Numbered from the whole stretch's first letter, positions 45,918 to 58,377 are shown. The stretch: 63,087 bases of DNA, filler included, from Craspedostauros australis (GCA_030167865.1; 9 parts of 9 records of this genome joined end to end with filler, not necessarily neighbours in it), one strand, 5' to 3'. Translations and numbers: made by a program. The notes: a model not told the origin generated them from the sequence alone.

Positions 45918-48173
45918 ATGGGACAAGACTGTTCGAAGCTGCCACAGGACGACTTCGACAACCTTTCCATATCTCATTCAGAGGCCATCCCATCTCGCTC
46001 AGGAGGATCGCTGCCATCCTTGTCGTCCGCGCAGAGCGTCTCGCAGCGAACGAACAACTCGAGGCGGAACAGCCACAGCGAGAACACCTCAGGTCCGGCC
46101 ATCGTCGCTGGTGGAGAATCTGCGTCGGCTTCTGCCTCAGTCTCCACATCCAGGTCTGCGCCGGTGGTGCCTGCTGGAGTACGGGGAACGCCGGCTCACC
46201 AAAGGAACCAGAGAGCACGTAATGCAAACACACGAGCACGCTCCAAGAGAAGCATGCCATTTCTTCGGCGGAGGCAGAATGGGAAGGCGGTGACTGCCTC
46301 CGCAATGGCTTCAAAGTCAAAATCAGCTCCGAATCTGCAGAAGCAAGGATCGGCCAAAGCACGCGCAACCGCATCTGCGACAACGAGGTCGTCTTCGACA
46401 GCTGCGACGGCCGCGACGTCGGAAACGCAGAATGCATCGAACCGGGGCTCCATTTTCCGCGTGCGCTCGCGAAAGTTCAGCCTGCGCCGATTCCGCGTCA
46501 ATTCCAAGAAGGAGGTGATGAGGCCGGTCACCGATGAGGACATGCCAAAATCACCGCGTGCGCGCACGTCCACCTACAGCAACGTCAAGGAGGCCGTCAT
46601 GTACAACCTCTCCGAGGCCGAACGCAGCCGTCACGATCAGTCGGTCCCCATGGGCGTCATTGGCCTCAAGAATCTGGGCAACACGTGCTTCATCAACAGC
46701 AGCCTGCAATGCCTCAGCGCCACCATTCCACTCACGGACTACTTCTTGGGTTACGACTACCGATCGGAGATCAATCATGACAACTTCTTGGGCACGGGCG
46801 GCAAACTCGTCGTGGCCTACGCCGAGCTCATGAAGCAAATGTGGCTGGGGCAACGGTCGATGGTGGAGCCCAGGGATTTCAAGCAGCAGCTCGCGACCTT
46901 CGCACCGCAGTTCGTGGGCTATCATCAGCATGATGCGCAGGAGCTGCTCGCCTTCCTGCTGGATGGTATCCATGAGGATCTCAACCGCGTCAAGAAGAAG
47001 CCATACGTGGAGGACAAGGATTGCGATGGCACGAACGATGAGGAGGATGCCATCGAATCGTGGAAGAATTACCTCAAGCGCAACAAATCTCTGGTCGTCG
47101 ATCTCTTCCAAGGACAGCTGCGCAACACTTGCAAGTGCTTGACTTGTGGGCACGTCAACATCCGGTTTGAACCCTTCATGTATTTGTCGTTGCCGATCAC
47201 GGACAAGTGCCGATCGTTGCAGGACTGCATAGACCTGTACTTGCATCAGGAGGTGCTCAAGGGATCCGATCAGTGGTACTGCGAGAAATGCAAGAAGCAC
47301 AGAAACGCCACCAAAAAGTCGGATCTTTGGATTGTGCCGCCGATCCTCATCGTGCACCTCAAACGCTTCCGCTACAACGACTCCGGCAAGGTGGGTTCCA
47401 AGAATGATGCCTCTATCCAGTATCCTGTCGAGCAATGGGATCTGTCGGATCTTGTCATGAGCAGCGGTTCTTTGCCGCCGGTCTACGATCTGTACGCCGT
47501 GTCCAATCACATGGGCGGTCTAGGTGGAGGGCATTACACGGCTCTTGGCCTCAACCGATTCAACGATGAATGGTACGAGTTCAATGACAGCCGCTACAAG
47601 ATCGTCGACGAATCCATCCACAAAAATCACACCAAGACGGCATACCTTCTGTTTTACAACCGCTCCGAAGGCGACTCCAACCAACCGCTCAACGAACGAA
47701 GTCCATTGATCCGTCGGCAGAGCGTCAGCCGTCCGGACCTGTGGCCGCATCGACAGGTTGCGGAACGCGAAAAGGTCCGCGACTTCGCGCGACCGCACCG
47801 TCGCACATCTGAATATGACATGCCAGATCTCAATCAATCGAACTCCAACAGCAGCCGCGCGCGCCACCGGTTGAATGAACCATCCAGCAGCAACCAGCAA
47901 TCAACGTCGCTCATTCGCGAAGTCAGAACGATCGCCCGTGGCAAGGCAAGAGCACCGCGACAGAATGGATCGACCGAAAGCTCGACGCAGCAAGCACAAA
48001 TGCCGTCCTATTCAACGAGCCTATCAGGAAGCCACGAATCCAACGACAGCAGACCACGCAAACGTTCGCCGAAGCAACAGCCGGATACCGATGAATCCGC
48101 GCTGCCACCGAAACGCACGACGCGCACTGCCTCCAAGTCGAGTCGTAGCAGTATATCTTCTTTTAAGCGGTAA
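45918..48173 (+). CDS. Ubiquitin-specific protease (peptidase C19; USP2/4/8-like catalytic domain)
   Basis: Cys box GLKNLGNTCFINS; QHDAQE; LIVHLKRF; His box YDLYAVSNHMGGLGGGHYTA; WYEFNDS. Confidence 0.95.
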   Translation: MGQDCSKLPQDDFDNLSISHSEAIPSRSGGSLPSLSSAQSVSQRTNNSRRNSHSENTSGPAIVAGGESASASASVSTSRSAPVVPAGVRGTPAHQRNQRARNANTRARSKRSMPFLRRRQNGKAVTASAMASKSKSAPNLQKQGSAKARATASATTRSSSTAATAATSETQNASNRGSIFRVRSRKFSLRRFRVNSKKEVMRPVTDEDMPKSPRARTSTYSNVKEAVMYNLSEAERSRHDQSVPMGVIGLKNLGNTCFINSSLQCLSATIPLTDYFLGYDYRSEINHDNFLGTGGKLVVAYAELMKQMWLGQRSMVEPRDFKQQLATFAPQFVGYHQHDAQELLAFLLDGIHEDLNRVKKKPYVEDKDCDGTNDEEDAIESWKNYLKRNKSLVVDLFQGQLRNTCKCLTCGHVNIRFEPFMYLSLPITDKCRSLQDCIDLYLHQEVLKGSDQWYCEKCKKHRNATKKSDLWIVPPILIVHLKRFRYNDSGKVGSKNDASIQYPVEQWDLSDLVMSSGSLPPVYDLYAVSNHMGGLGGGHYTALGLNRFNDEWYEFNDSRYKIVDESIHKNHTKTAYLLFYNRSEGDSNQPLNERSPLIRRQSVSRPDLWPHRQVAEREKVRDFARPHRRTSEYDMPDLNQSNSNSSRARHRLNEPSSSNQQSTSLIREVRTIARGKARAPRQNGSTESSTQQAQMPSYSTSLSGSHESNDSRPRKRSPKQQPDTDESALPPKRTTRTASKSSRSSISSFKR

Positions 48174-48412
48174 CGTTGGCACGCTTACAGTATCGCAGTC
48201 TATTTGTTTCGTTCGTCCATTCGTTCATCCGAGAGAGTGTATGACGTAGGCATTGTTCACCCTGTCTGCGTGTCGTTGAGAAAGAGCGGGATCCTGTGAT
48301 AGCATGCAAGTATTCATGAAGTTGCGCTGAAATGCAACGCGGTCGACAACTGACTTATGCTTTTCTGAAAGCGTGAAACTTGCTGCTGCTACTTTTGCTA
48401 CTACCACTTCGT

Positions 48413-50038
48413 TCATCCGTAAATTCGAACCCGACTCACGCCACCGTCTGGGTAGATGGACAGGCGCACGTGCGACACCTGCTTGACGCTGTTTTCGATT
48501 TGACCCAAGCTGCGTTCAAACACATGCTCCGCATCTGGTGACATGCGCACGCGAGGAATCAACGAGAACCATTCCACATCATCCGATGGAAGGTGAGCGT
48601 CCACATCGCAGCAACCTTCCAGCACCACGCTTTCTGGATAATTCCCACGAAAGTGCTTCGTGTCCAAAATGATCCGCGCCACGCCGGCTGCTGCGGGGGT
48701 GCCCAACTTCAGGATGGACCAATCCATCAATGGGCTGTCGATGAAATGGGTGACCGGGTGCTTCTGCAGCACCGACGGACGTTGGGGATGGCGTGCCGTC
48801 TCCCAACCGTCTCCCATGTCCTTGCCCAAGGTGGGTTGAAGCAACCGCCATGGTTCACCGTAGTGCTTGTTGGAGCAGGCGATGCCAGCGCCGCCGAGCG
48901 TGAGGCTCGACAGTTCGGGCAGGTCGTATGAGAGTCGGGACGGGGTGCTGTCGTCGTCTTCGTCGTCACCATGGTTGTCCGAGTGGGGCACGACGGTGCA
49001 GATTGGACCAGTGGTGATTGGCATGTACAACGGTCGTTTGTAGATGCCGGCATCGTTGTCGTCGGTGGCAGATGTCCCCCAGATGCGCAATCGTGCGACG
49101 CCACCGTCTGGATAGTAGTTCACGCGAATGTACGTGCCGGACGTCCACTGGCGATGTTGACCATTTGCGGTGGGGATTTGGAATCGATGCATCCTAGTGG
49201 ATTCAAATCCCGGTTGCAATGGCGTCTTCGGCAACAAGGACTGCCATTGCAGTTGTTGAACCGCGTGCTCAGCTTGTTCGACTTCGGTCGGAGTCATGCC
49301 AGTCCCTTGGATGCCACGACCATCGTGCAGCACCAGCCGTTCCATGGCATGCGGGAGCTTCGAAATCAAGTCCATGCGTTGTTGTGGTTTGGTGTTGATG
49401 TCCAAGATCTCAATGCTAATGGATGGAACATGATTTCCGGTGAAGTGCGCCGTGTCGATCTCGATGGTATGGATCACACCATTCGGTGGTGCAGTATCTG
49501 CACTCGCCAGCTGGATGATGCACCAGTCATGTCCAGCCTCGCGTCTACGACGTGTCTCCCACCCATCCATGACCTTTCCTTGTTCGCAGTACAAGTCATC
49601 GACGAATTGCGGCGCTATGGAGTCGTTGAGCAGATTGTCAGCTGTCGCGAACCATTCGTCGGTCGCGAAGAGGACCTTGGCGTTGTTGCTGGATGCGCAC
49701 AGGTTGGTGAAGGCATCGTTGTCCTCATACGGGCTTGCGGGTGAGACGTTGAGGCATGTGTCATCCTTGCTGCCAGCAATGGATGTGACAGCTTCTGTTG
49801 CAGTTGCTGATGCTGATGCTGGCGCGGCATCTCCACCGTGCATCTTATCGAAGTCCACGACGTTCGTTGCGCTGATGGAGTGACCCAAGCTGGTCGCGGA
49901 ATCCATCGCAGCAACATCGCCATAGTTGTTGCCCTCGCTATTGCCACCAATGGTGTCAAACGTGGGCGTCTCGCCTGTGACGGATTTCGGGGACATCTCC
50001 TTCGATTCAGGGTTCATCTCAGCCATGATCGTGTTCAT
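48413..50038 (-). CDS. ALLC: Allantoicase
   Basis: Two allantoicase repeats: MDGWETRRRR...HDWCII...DTAHFTGN...YPDGGVARLR and GDGWETAR...DTKHFRGNYP...YPDGGVSRVRIYG. Confidence 0.95.
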   Translation of the reverse strand: MNTIMAEMNPESKEMSPKSVTGETPTFDTIGGNSEGNNYGDVAAMDSATSLGHSISATNVVDFDKMHGGDAAPASASATATEAVTSIAGSKDDTCLNVSPASPYEDNDAFTNLCASSNNAKVLFATDEWFATADNLLNDSIAPQFVDDLYCEQGKVMDGWETRRRREAGHDWCIIQLASADTAPPNGVIHTIEIDTAHFTGNHVPSISIEILDINTKPQQRMDLISKLPHAMERLVLHDGRGIQGTGMTPTEVEQAEHAVQQLQWQSLLPKTPLQPGFESTRMHRFQIPTANGQHRQWTSGTYIRVNYYPDGGVARLRIWGTSATDDNDAGIYKRPLYMPITTGPICTVVPHSDNHGDDEDDDSTPSRLSYDLPELSSLTLGGAGIACSNKHYGEPWRLLQPTLGKDMGDGWETARHPQRPSVLQKHPVTHFIDSPLMDWSILKLGTPAAAGVARIILDTKHFRGNYPESVVLEGCCDVDAHLPSDDVEWFSLIPRVRMSPDAEHVFERSLGQIENSVKQVSHVRLSIYPDGGVSRVRIYG

Positions 50039-51715
50039 GTTCCGAGGATGGTATGGTTTGGTATGGTAGGGTATGGCATGCGTGCGAGTTTGTGTACGCG
50101 TCTGTGGATGGATGGCTGGATGAGACCTCCTTTCGGGTGTTTGTTTGTTTGTTTGTTTGTTTGCAGTCGTAGCTGGTGACGTCTATCCGGTTGTTCTTTC
50201 GTTCTTCTTTGTTCGCGTCTTTGCGTAATTTATGAAAGAACAAATGTCTCACCTCGCCGCTGGTGGTATTCGTTCGCTTCAACACTTCCTCGTCGCGACT
50301 GGTTGGTGGCGACAATGGCGGCAACGATGTTCGTGATGGTGGTTGTGAAGTTCGAAGAGGACAGAAGAAGTTGAATGGAGAGAAGATGTGGGCAAGAAAA
50401 ACAGAATCGTGAAAAGTTCTGTCGGTCCATGTCCACGTTTGTGATTGGTCAATGCGCAGCAACGAACATTCTAATCGTGGATACGGGGTCTTGTTCTCGT
50501 TTGTGACGTTGGCATCGTCATCCCAAGACGACCAGATGTGCAGATTTAGTGCCAATTCCCGAATCTGGCCGAATCAGAGCAAAGATTGTCGATGGACAGA
50601 CGATACCGCACAAACAACGAGTAGGATCCTTGTTGAGCAAATGATCGCTCCACACAGTCATAATTTTCAGAACAGACAGGTTTCACCCCCCACACCTCCG
50701 GTTACGTGAAAAACCTGCACACCAGAGCGTCAAAGGGACATTCGGGTCTTCTTTCCACTCATGTCTCAACTATGGAGGTAAGACTGCGCTCGGCCATGAG
50801 AGGCATCAGACTCACAGGACCGGATGGAGTCAAGCACAGGTGGACTCAAGTGATCCATCCAAATCACGAGTTGAACACACCATGAAGATCATAAACATGT
50901 CTTGATGCGTAGTCTACGATCCAGAGGTGAGGATGAGGATTTATGTCCAAATCAACAGCCTACTCCTCTCACAACAACAATCATCATCACATCCGAACAC
51001 CAAACAAGCACGAGGATTCAGGATTGATCACTGAAAACTCGCCCTTCTTTGTTGTGGACTTTTTCCCTTTCCGCCCGCCCACCCGGGGAGAGAGACCGGC
51101 TTCATTGTGCCAGGTTGCAGCCTGCCACAATGGAGCTGATTTTTGCCAAGGTGCCCACAGCAGCTCAACACGTCCACCATTTCCCTACTTGCAGTGACCC
51201 AGAGGGACTCGACGATGTCATCCCCGGGCCTACCAAGGCAAATGAGGGACATACTACAAGGAATCGAACTCTCAGTTCGCCCATAAGCAGAGGAGCAGAG
51301 CAGCAGAGCAGCCACCAACAGGCAAGTGGGCCTGGCCAGCACACAACTGGCCAGTCCCCAATTTACCCACCCACATTAGTAATAATAATAATACCCCACT
51401 GATTGTCCCCTTGTGCGAGGGTCGCCTCAAAAGCTGTAATGTCGCTAGCATACAGCGAGCCCATACAGGCCGACTGCACTCAATTGACTCACCTAGATTT
51501 CTCACTCCTGGGTCTACTGCAGGCTTGCCACTTCCCATAGGCCATAAAGCATACCGCACTGGGCACCCAATCTTGGCCAGGATGCACTTCACTCTCTTTT
51601 TCTGTTGTTTTGGAACCTAGGAGCACCGCTGACAGACCTTGTGCCTATGCCCTGCCCTCGTTGAGTTTGCTCCCTGCTTCCTTCACCCTTCTACCTGACT
51701 ACTGCGACGACGCTG

Positions 51716-52110
51716 CAACTGTCGAGATGTGCATATGTGTATGTGCATCGTTCACCCACGATTCTCGTATGCTTCGTGTACGGACGGCAAAACTACAAAC
51801 GTGTCAATAGTGAGCTGTGATTGATAGAAATCACATCACGAAATCGGACACACAAAAATAGTCAGAATTTTGGAAGGAAATTTGTGAACAATCATTTCTG
51901 AGAGTATCAGGAATTCCATCCGTCCATCAACCAACTGAAACATGTGACATCGAGCAAGGATTGATGTACTTCCCAACTATGTCGAGATGTACGTGTGAGT
52001 ACATGTCGAGTTATACATGTATATGTGCATCGTTCACCCATTATTCTCTCATACGCACTTGGACGGTACAACTACACTCGTGTAGATAGTATGCTGTGAT
52101 TCGTCAGAAT
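51716..52110 (+). repeat. Degenerate direct repeat (units about 51716..51822 and 51975..52101)
   Basis: Shared blocks GTCGAGATGT, TATGTGCATCGTTCACCCA, GGACGG, AACTACA and GCTGTGATT in the same order. Confidence 0.7.
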
Positions 52111-52225
52111 TACAGTGGAAATGGANNNNNNNNNNNNNNNNNNNNNNNNNNNNNNNNNNNNNNNNNNNNTTAATTAATTAANNNNNNNNNNNNNNNNNNN
52201 NNNNNNNNNNNNNNNNNNNNNNNNN

Positions 52226-52830
52226 ACATTGATGTCCACTCCACATGATCCAACGAGGTACTCCACAACATCCAAGTGTCCATGAAGACACGCAGCATGG
52301 AGGGCATTCTCACCCTTCTTATCTTGCACGAAAGCGCTTGCAGAATATGACTCGATCAGAGTCTTCACGATGGCCACATGTCCCTTGGTACATGCGTCGT
52401 GGAGTGCCACCTTGCCGGAGTTGTCCTGGAGGTTGGCATCTGAAGAATGCGACCCAGCTAGGTATTCCACGACATCGAGGTTGCCCTGTGCGCATGCATA
52501 GTGTAGCGCAGTCTCTCCATTCATGGATTGGGCATTGACGTCCGCTCCACATGACTCCACCAACTGTTTGATCGTTTCAAGTTGGCTGTTGGAGCATGCG
52601 AGGTGGAGTGGAGTCTTGTCGCGGCTATCCTTGATCGTGTCGATGGAGGTTTGTGGAAATGCCGTCTTCCACGCAGTGAGGGTGTCCACATCTCCCTGTT
52701 CTGCGGCGCGAAGGAGATCCTGGTTGGTGACGGTCGGGTTGGATGCATCACCAGGAGTCGACTTGAGCGGAATGAGAGACGGTGAGGCTGTGGATAGTGA
52801 TGTCCGGACTTGGTGGTTGTGGTTGCGCAT
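52226..52830 (-). CDS. Ankyrin-repeat protein, 3'-truncated by gap
   Basis: TPLHLAC, TALHYAC, VALHDAC, NALHAAC with GADVN-type linkers. Confidence 0.88.
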
Positions 52831-53800
52831 TGGTGAGGCGAAGAGCGTAAGGAGGCGTGGAAGGATGAAGACCTTGCTGGAGCAGGTGTGTTTCGTGATG
52901 GAACGGCTTGTTGCTCAGATGTGATCAATGCGACGGGCGTTTTATATGATTTGAATGATTGTTTGGATGATCGTGGTCGCTTGATCGCATCTGTGTCTGC
53001 TTTTTATGAAGCGATCATGTTCTGCTTCATGATCGTTGGCGGTGGTGTCCCGTGCTCCGTTTCACGCAGCGTGCATGGCATTGCGTTGATTGCTGTTTCA
53101 CGATGTTTCTCATTTCATGTTGTTCCCACGGTACCGCTCGGTGATTGTCCCATCAACTTTGGCATGAACGTGATCGTAGTCTTGAACATTGACTTGGTCG
53201 TGAGCGTGATCGTGAGCGCGAACTTGAACATACTCTTGAACGTCATCGTGGCCAGTCACACCAGGAGAAGTTGATCGTGGGCGCAGACGTCGGAAGTCAT
53301 CATTGTACCAACATTCTCAGAACGTGGAGACGACCGAGGATCCTGCGAGCGTGGAATGGCGCAAAGCAACGGAGTCAACACGAGCCGTGACATGTTCCTT
53401 GCCACCAACAATTGCATCTTCTGTTGCCATCCTTGTTGTTCTTTTTGTTGGTGCCAACAACTCACACCAAACACCAAAGCCGCGCCAAAAACAAGTCGAT
53501 CTAGTCGAAGATCCGTGTTTTGGGTTGCGTTGTGGTTGTTGCCACGCTTCACTCATCCACCTGTCGTCCATGATTCATTGTTCTTGAATGACACACTTGG
53601 ATTGGTCGTGGTTGAACGACTGAGGAGTCGTCCACGATGACACGCACCAACACGCTCACACACAAGCACCATCATCGCTACTGTTCAATCGCAACTCCGT
53701 TGGACAACCGTGATGATGACCCTTCAGAACGATCAGAAATGATACCCCATGTGAGGCTTGCAAAGCAAAGCAATGAGACAAGACGAGGAAGTGCGGCGCC

Positions 53801-54819
53801 ATGACGGAAAAGAAGAGGAGGAAGAGCTCACATCTCTGTATCATCCTAACTCCCCTTCACTATGCTTGCACACAAGGCCACCATGGCGTAGCGAAGAGCT
53901 TGCTTCGATCCGCTCGTATCCACAGCAACGCACATGTCATCATCAACGCCCAAGACTCGTCCAACAAAACGGCACTTCATCATGCTTGTGCCCATGGTGA
54001 CGTGGGCGGAGTGAGGTGCTTGCTTGAATTCATCCAAGCCAACGAAGTCTGCATCGACCTCAACGTTCAAGACAAGGAGGATGGGNAAACACTGCTTCAC
54101 TACGCCTGCATCAATGGTGANGCAGATATCGCCGGCGATCTTCTTGACTTCAGTCGAGCCAACAGCTATGCGGCAATCAATTTCAATATCCGAAACAACT
54201 ACCATGGCTGCACGCCACTGCATCATGCCTGTGAGTACGGCGAAGCGGATGTGGTGGAATGTCTCATCGAATTCTGTCGCACAAGTACCTCTGTGACGAC
54301 CCCATCATCGATTTCAACATCCAGGACTGCGACGAACAAACCCCGCTCCATTACGCTTGTAAATACGGTTATAAAGAGGTGGTGCAGCTGTTGCTCCGAT
54401 CATGCCGCTTCCAAGGCAATGCGCATGCCATGATCAACACCCGAGATATGAACGATAGAACGGCACTTCAGCATGCCTTCTTGCATGGTGGCACAGATGT
54501 AGCCAACTGTCTCCTTGACTTCAGCCAAGCAAACGGTGTCGAGATCAATCTCAACCTCCGGTTCCCGGACGAAGACTACGCACCAATTCAGGAAGCTTGC
54601 AGCGCCGGCAATGAAGGACTGTTGGATCGTCTGCTTCGCTTGAACGAAGCCAACGGCAACGAGAATCACGATTTGACCATGTCCAATGAAGATGGATACA
54701 CGTTGCTCCATGCCGCGTATGAAGATGGCGAGGAAGAGATAATGGAGTGCTTGATTCGACACATGCACGTGCACGTGCACACAACACATAACACCAAGCA
54801 TAACGACGCACGCGGTTGA
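53801..54819 (+). pseudogene. Ankyrin-repeat gene with a frameshift near 54290 (pseudogene or sequence error)
   Basis: Repeats TPLHYAC/TALHHAC/TPLHHAC in ORF 53801..54433 continue in a different frame in ORF 54259..54819. Single Ns at 54086 and 54121 indicate low quality. Confidence 0.75.
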
Positions 54820-55365
54820 GACAGAGCATGAATACCCAACCGGAGCTGTTAGAACGTAATCGTAGATGGGTGTGAAGGATACCGCACCGAGAACGTAGAG
54901 TGATCAAGTCGTTGTTGTTGGTGAGGAGAGTGTTTGTTTACTGTNNNNNNNNNNNNNNNNNNNNNNNNNNNNNNNNNNNNNNNNNNNNNNNNNNNNNNNN
55001 NNNNNNNNNNNNNNNNNNNNNNNNNNNNNNNNNNNNNNNNNNNNNNNNNNNNNNNNNNNNNNNNNNNNNNNNNNNNNNNNNNNNNNNNNTGAAGATGAGG
55101 TGCAAAAGTCAATGAACAAAACACCGCGATAGCCCGTGTTGTAAATTACGTCTTCTCACGATGTTGCTAGTAGTACGATCGCACGATTGATCGTATTCAC
55201 TTGAGAAGGTCAGGGCAAGATTCGCACGTGTCACACCCAAGATCCAAGTCTGTCCTGATTGGGCANNNNNNNNNNNNNNNNNNNNNNNNNNNNNNNNNNN
55301 NNNNNNNNNTTAATTAATTAANNNNNNNNNNNNNNNNNNNNNNNNNNNNNNNNNNNNNNNNNNNN

Positions 55366-56537
55366 GGTGCGACCTTCACATCATCAAGGCGAATCGTTGT
55401 TTTCGTGTTGTCCTTCTGTGTGACTTCCAGGAGCATCGAACCGATCTTGGGTGAGCTCAACTGGGTGTTGTCGCCAACTCTCACATGCGACTTAACATGG
55501 TGGATGTTGAACATCCCCTTGTCCGAGTTTGTGATGTGGCACGATGCGCCGCTGTCAGCTAGCCATGTGTGTTCGTCGGGTGTGTCTCTTGGTCCAACGG
55601 TTCGAAGGTTATTTCCAATCGCCATGATGGCCATGTCGTCGATGGCATGGTTGATGTCCGTATTGTTCTGGTCTTCGGCTTGACCTTGGTCTGGGTTCAA
55701 CGCCATCCCATGTTGTGGATGCGGTCGTTGTACGAGTAGCTCGGCCATGCAGCTGCCTAGGATGAGGTGGTGCTCAAGGTCAGCCATTCTCTGGATTCCT
55801 CATAGTTCAAAGATGTCGGGAAGGATGACGCCGTTCGCTAGGATGTGTTCAATGGAGAACAATCCTGCCGCTGTGAAGAGCGAGACCATGTTGCTCATCC
55901 AGGCGCTCTGGTTCCCTGGGTCGTCTGGGAAGAGGTGCATTGCCGCGGCGAATGCTGCATTCGCGATGTATTGTCGCTGCATAGTTCTGGCAGTTGGACT
56001 CGGATCCGGGAGGATCCGGTGTCGGCCGGTCCGTGCTTGCTTGAAGTACGGTGCAAGGGATCCGAGGATCACCTGCGTTGGGTATTGGACCCTCTCGTTG
56101 GGGTCGAAAGTGGCATCGTCGTTGCTGTAGTTGTCGTTGTCTGATGCCGAACTCTTGTCTGGTTCGATGTTGCTCTGTGAGCCATCAATGTCATAGTTGG
56201 ATGCACTCGATTCCGATCTGCTGTCGGTCTCGTCGAAGATGCCTCGTCTTCTGTTGGGACGATCGTCAGTCGCTGTGCGACTGTCGCTCTCGTTGGTGTC
56301 GCCGCCCATTTCTTCTTCATCTGAGTCGTCTTGAGCATTCAGGCAGAACTCGAAGTTGAAGTCGAAGTCAAGGCCTCGGCTGGGATCCACCTCGTGGATG
56401 ATTGGTTCGTGCAGCCACTCAGGGGTGGAGCTGTCGTCGTGGACTTCTTCGGGTTCGCTGGAGCAGGTGAAGGAGTCAAAGAAGGAGTCGTCAATCTCCC
56501 CTGTTACCTCCACGCAGTACGGTTCGTCGACCATCAT
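55366..56537 (-). mobile_element. Ty1/copia (CoDi-like) LTR retrotransposon polyprotein fragment with protease motif and an in-frame stop
   Basis: WLADSGASCHITN...VRVGDN...LDDVKV. ORFs 55800..56537 and 55314..55787 are in one frame, separated by TGA 55802-55800. Cut by gap; no PBS or LTR pair identified. Confidence 0.8.
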
Positions 56538-56900
56538 AAAAACTGATATTCAGAAATTGCATACAAGTCAAGGGCACCAAACACTGCACTTACTACGCCG
56601 CCTGGGTGATCAATCCGTCAGGAGCAGTTGGTTTGTGTTTGGTGTTTGTTGTGTTCTAAGTTAGTTGTAGTCAATTGATGATTGTTGAGATTTGTGAGCA
56701 CAAGATCTCATTCATCCTAAGCTGGTGCATTCATGCACCATTTCTACGATCTTGCCTGATTCATCATCAGGTCTTCCTACTGATCTGCTCGATGTCTTCG
56801 TGTTACATCGTGCATATTTTCTACTTTGTTGCCCAAGGATGTTGTCTGCTTTGCACAGTAATTCGTGTTATTTCTCCTCTTGGGTCTTTCTACATCTCTG

Positions 56901-56950
56901 TCTGATTTTGTCTATTCTTGTCTATTCTTGTCTGGTCTTGTCTAGTCTTG
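56901..56950 (+). repeat. 10-bp tandem repeat (TCTAKTCTTG-like) x5
   Basis: tctgattttg tctattcttg tctattcttg tctggtcttg tctagtcttg. Confidence 0.75.
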
Positions 56951-58273
56951 GAATCTCGTAGGATTCATATATCCCAACCGTCGACGTCAGTAGATTGCTT
57001 GCATCATCCCAGACATCACAAGACTATTTCCTAATTGTTGTTACCACGTGCTCACTGATGCACCTGGCGTCACTAGACAAGTCAGCATACCATGACTATC
57101 ACTTATTCTTGATTCCTCGGATCTCAGCGACTGTTGGCAAGTTCCGCTCACGGTAACCTACGATCGTGGAAGATGGTGTTGGTTGATAGTCGTCTGTTTG
57201 CTATTTCATTAGTTGGCTACTCCGATCCTCTCGGTGTACGCCCGTTCTCTTGCCCGATGCTCTCGGTGCTTCAATTTGTTTCGTAGATTCAGTCTCCGAC
57301 TATGAGTCGGTACGCGAGATGCTCTCTCGCTCCTCTCTGTATTCTCTCTCTCTCAATGTCGTGTGCTCATGCTACACAATATTCCGTGCTCGATGCGTAC
57401 TCCGCATTCGACACTCCGTTCGTTCAGTACTGGTTCCTACGCCATGAGTACTTACCATTTGAAGTTCACCTTCTGTATCCATGATGCTGATCCTCTTCGG
57501 TCATCGGATCTTCGCCTCCTGCTCTNNNNNNNNNNNNNNNNNNNNNNNNNNNNNNNNNNNNNNNNNNNNTTAATTAATTAANNNNNNNNNNNNNNNNNNN
57601 NNNNNNNNNNNNNNNNNNNNNNNNNTTGCCAACCATTGCCAACCTCCAGGATCTGCCTTCTCTCAACCGCCGGTGAGCATCAGCACCTGTTAGCACTGCC
57701 TGTGGCGAACATGATGGAAACGGATTTGGCTGACGGAGACGAGTGATTCGTTTGCGTCATGTGACACGATCGTGGAACAAACAGCAATCACAACGGAGCT
57801 GTCAAATCGACGATGACTTGTCAGCCAACGAGATGGTCATCCGTTTTGTGGCGATGGGTACTTGTGGAATCGGTCGGATGACAGACGATGACAAAACAAG
57901 TTGAAACGGGATTGGCTAACGGATATACGAACATCCATTGACGAACACAAACGTGGCGAATGTTGTTTCCAAACAAACGGACAAAGTTCGCGCCAGAAAT
58001 CGCCAATCGCACAAGAATGACTGCGTGAAGGAAAGATGAGCGATGTGAAATGACGTGATGCCACGTGATGTGATGTGAACATTGTTGCACTAGTAGATAC
58101 GACTTCGTGACAGCGAGATGAAGAGATGCGTTTGCAAATACCTATTATAATATATACACCATCAAGTTTCAGCCGCTTGGACATGAAGCCCTTGCACCAC
58201 CATTCCATCAAAGCATCGTTCCACAGCTTTGACGACACAACCATTCAGCTATTCAACGGTCCAACCATCCATC

Positions 58274-58327
58274 AAGACAACAACTGAAGACAACAACTGA
58301 AGACAACAATTGAAGACAACAATTGAA
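58274..58327 (+). repeat. 13-bp tandem repeat (GAAGACAACAAYT) x4
   Basis: Directly visible about 50 bp upstream of ATG 58378. Confidence 0.85.
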
Positions 58328-58377
58328 AAAGTGAAGAGCAGGTGTTGAGTTGTTGGCAAAGAGCCGATGAGACGTTG

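Noticed and set aside
41584..47510. Long antisense ORFs (41584..42879, 46551..47510; also 48971..49744 and 61468..62445)
   Set aside because: Shadow frames of GC3-rich genes on the opposite strand.
58274..58327. Short regular repeats considered as a CRISPR-like array
   Set aside because: Head-to-tail 13-mers with no spacers; eukaryotic context with no cas, TnpB or Fanzor ORF seen anywhere in the window.
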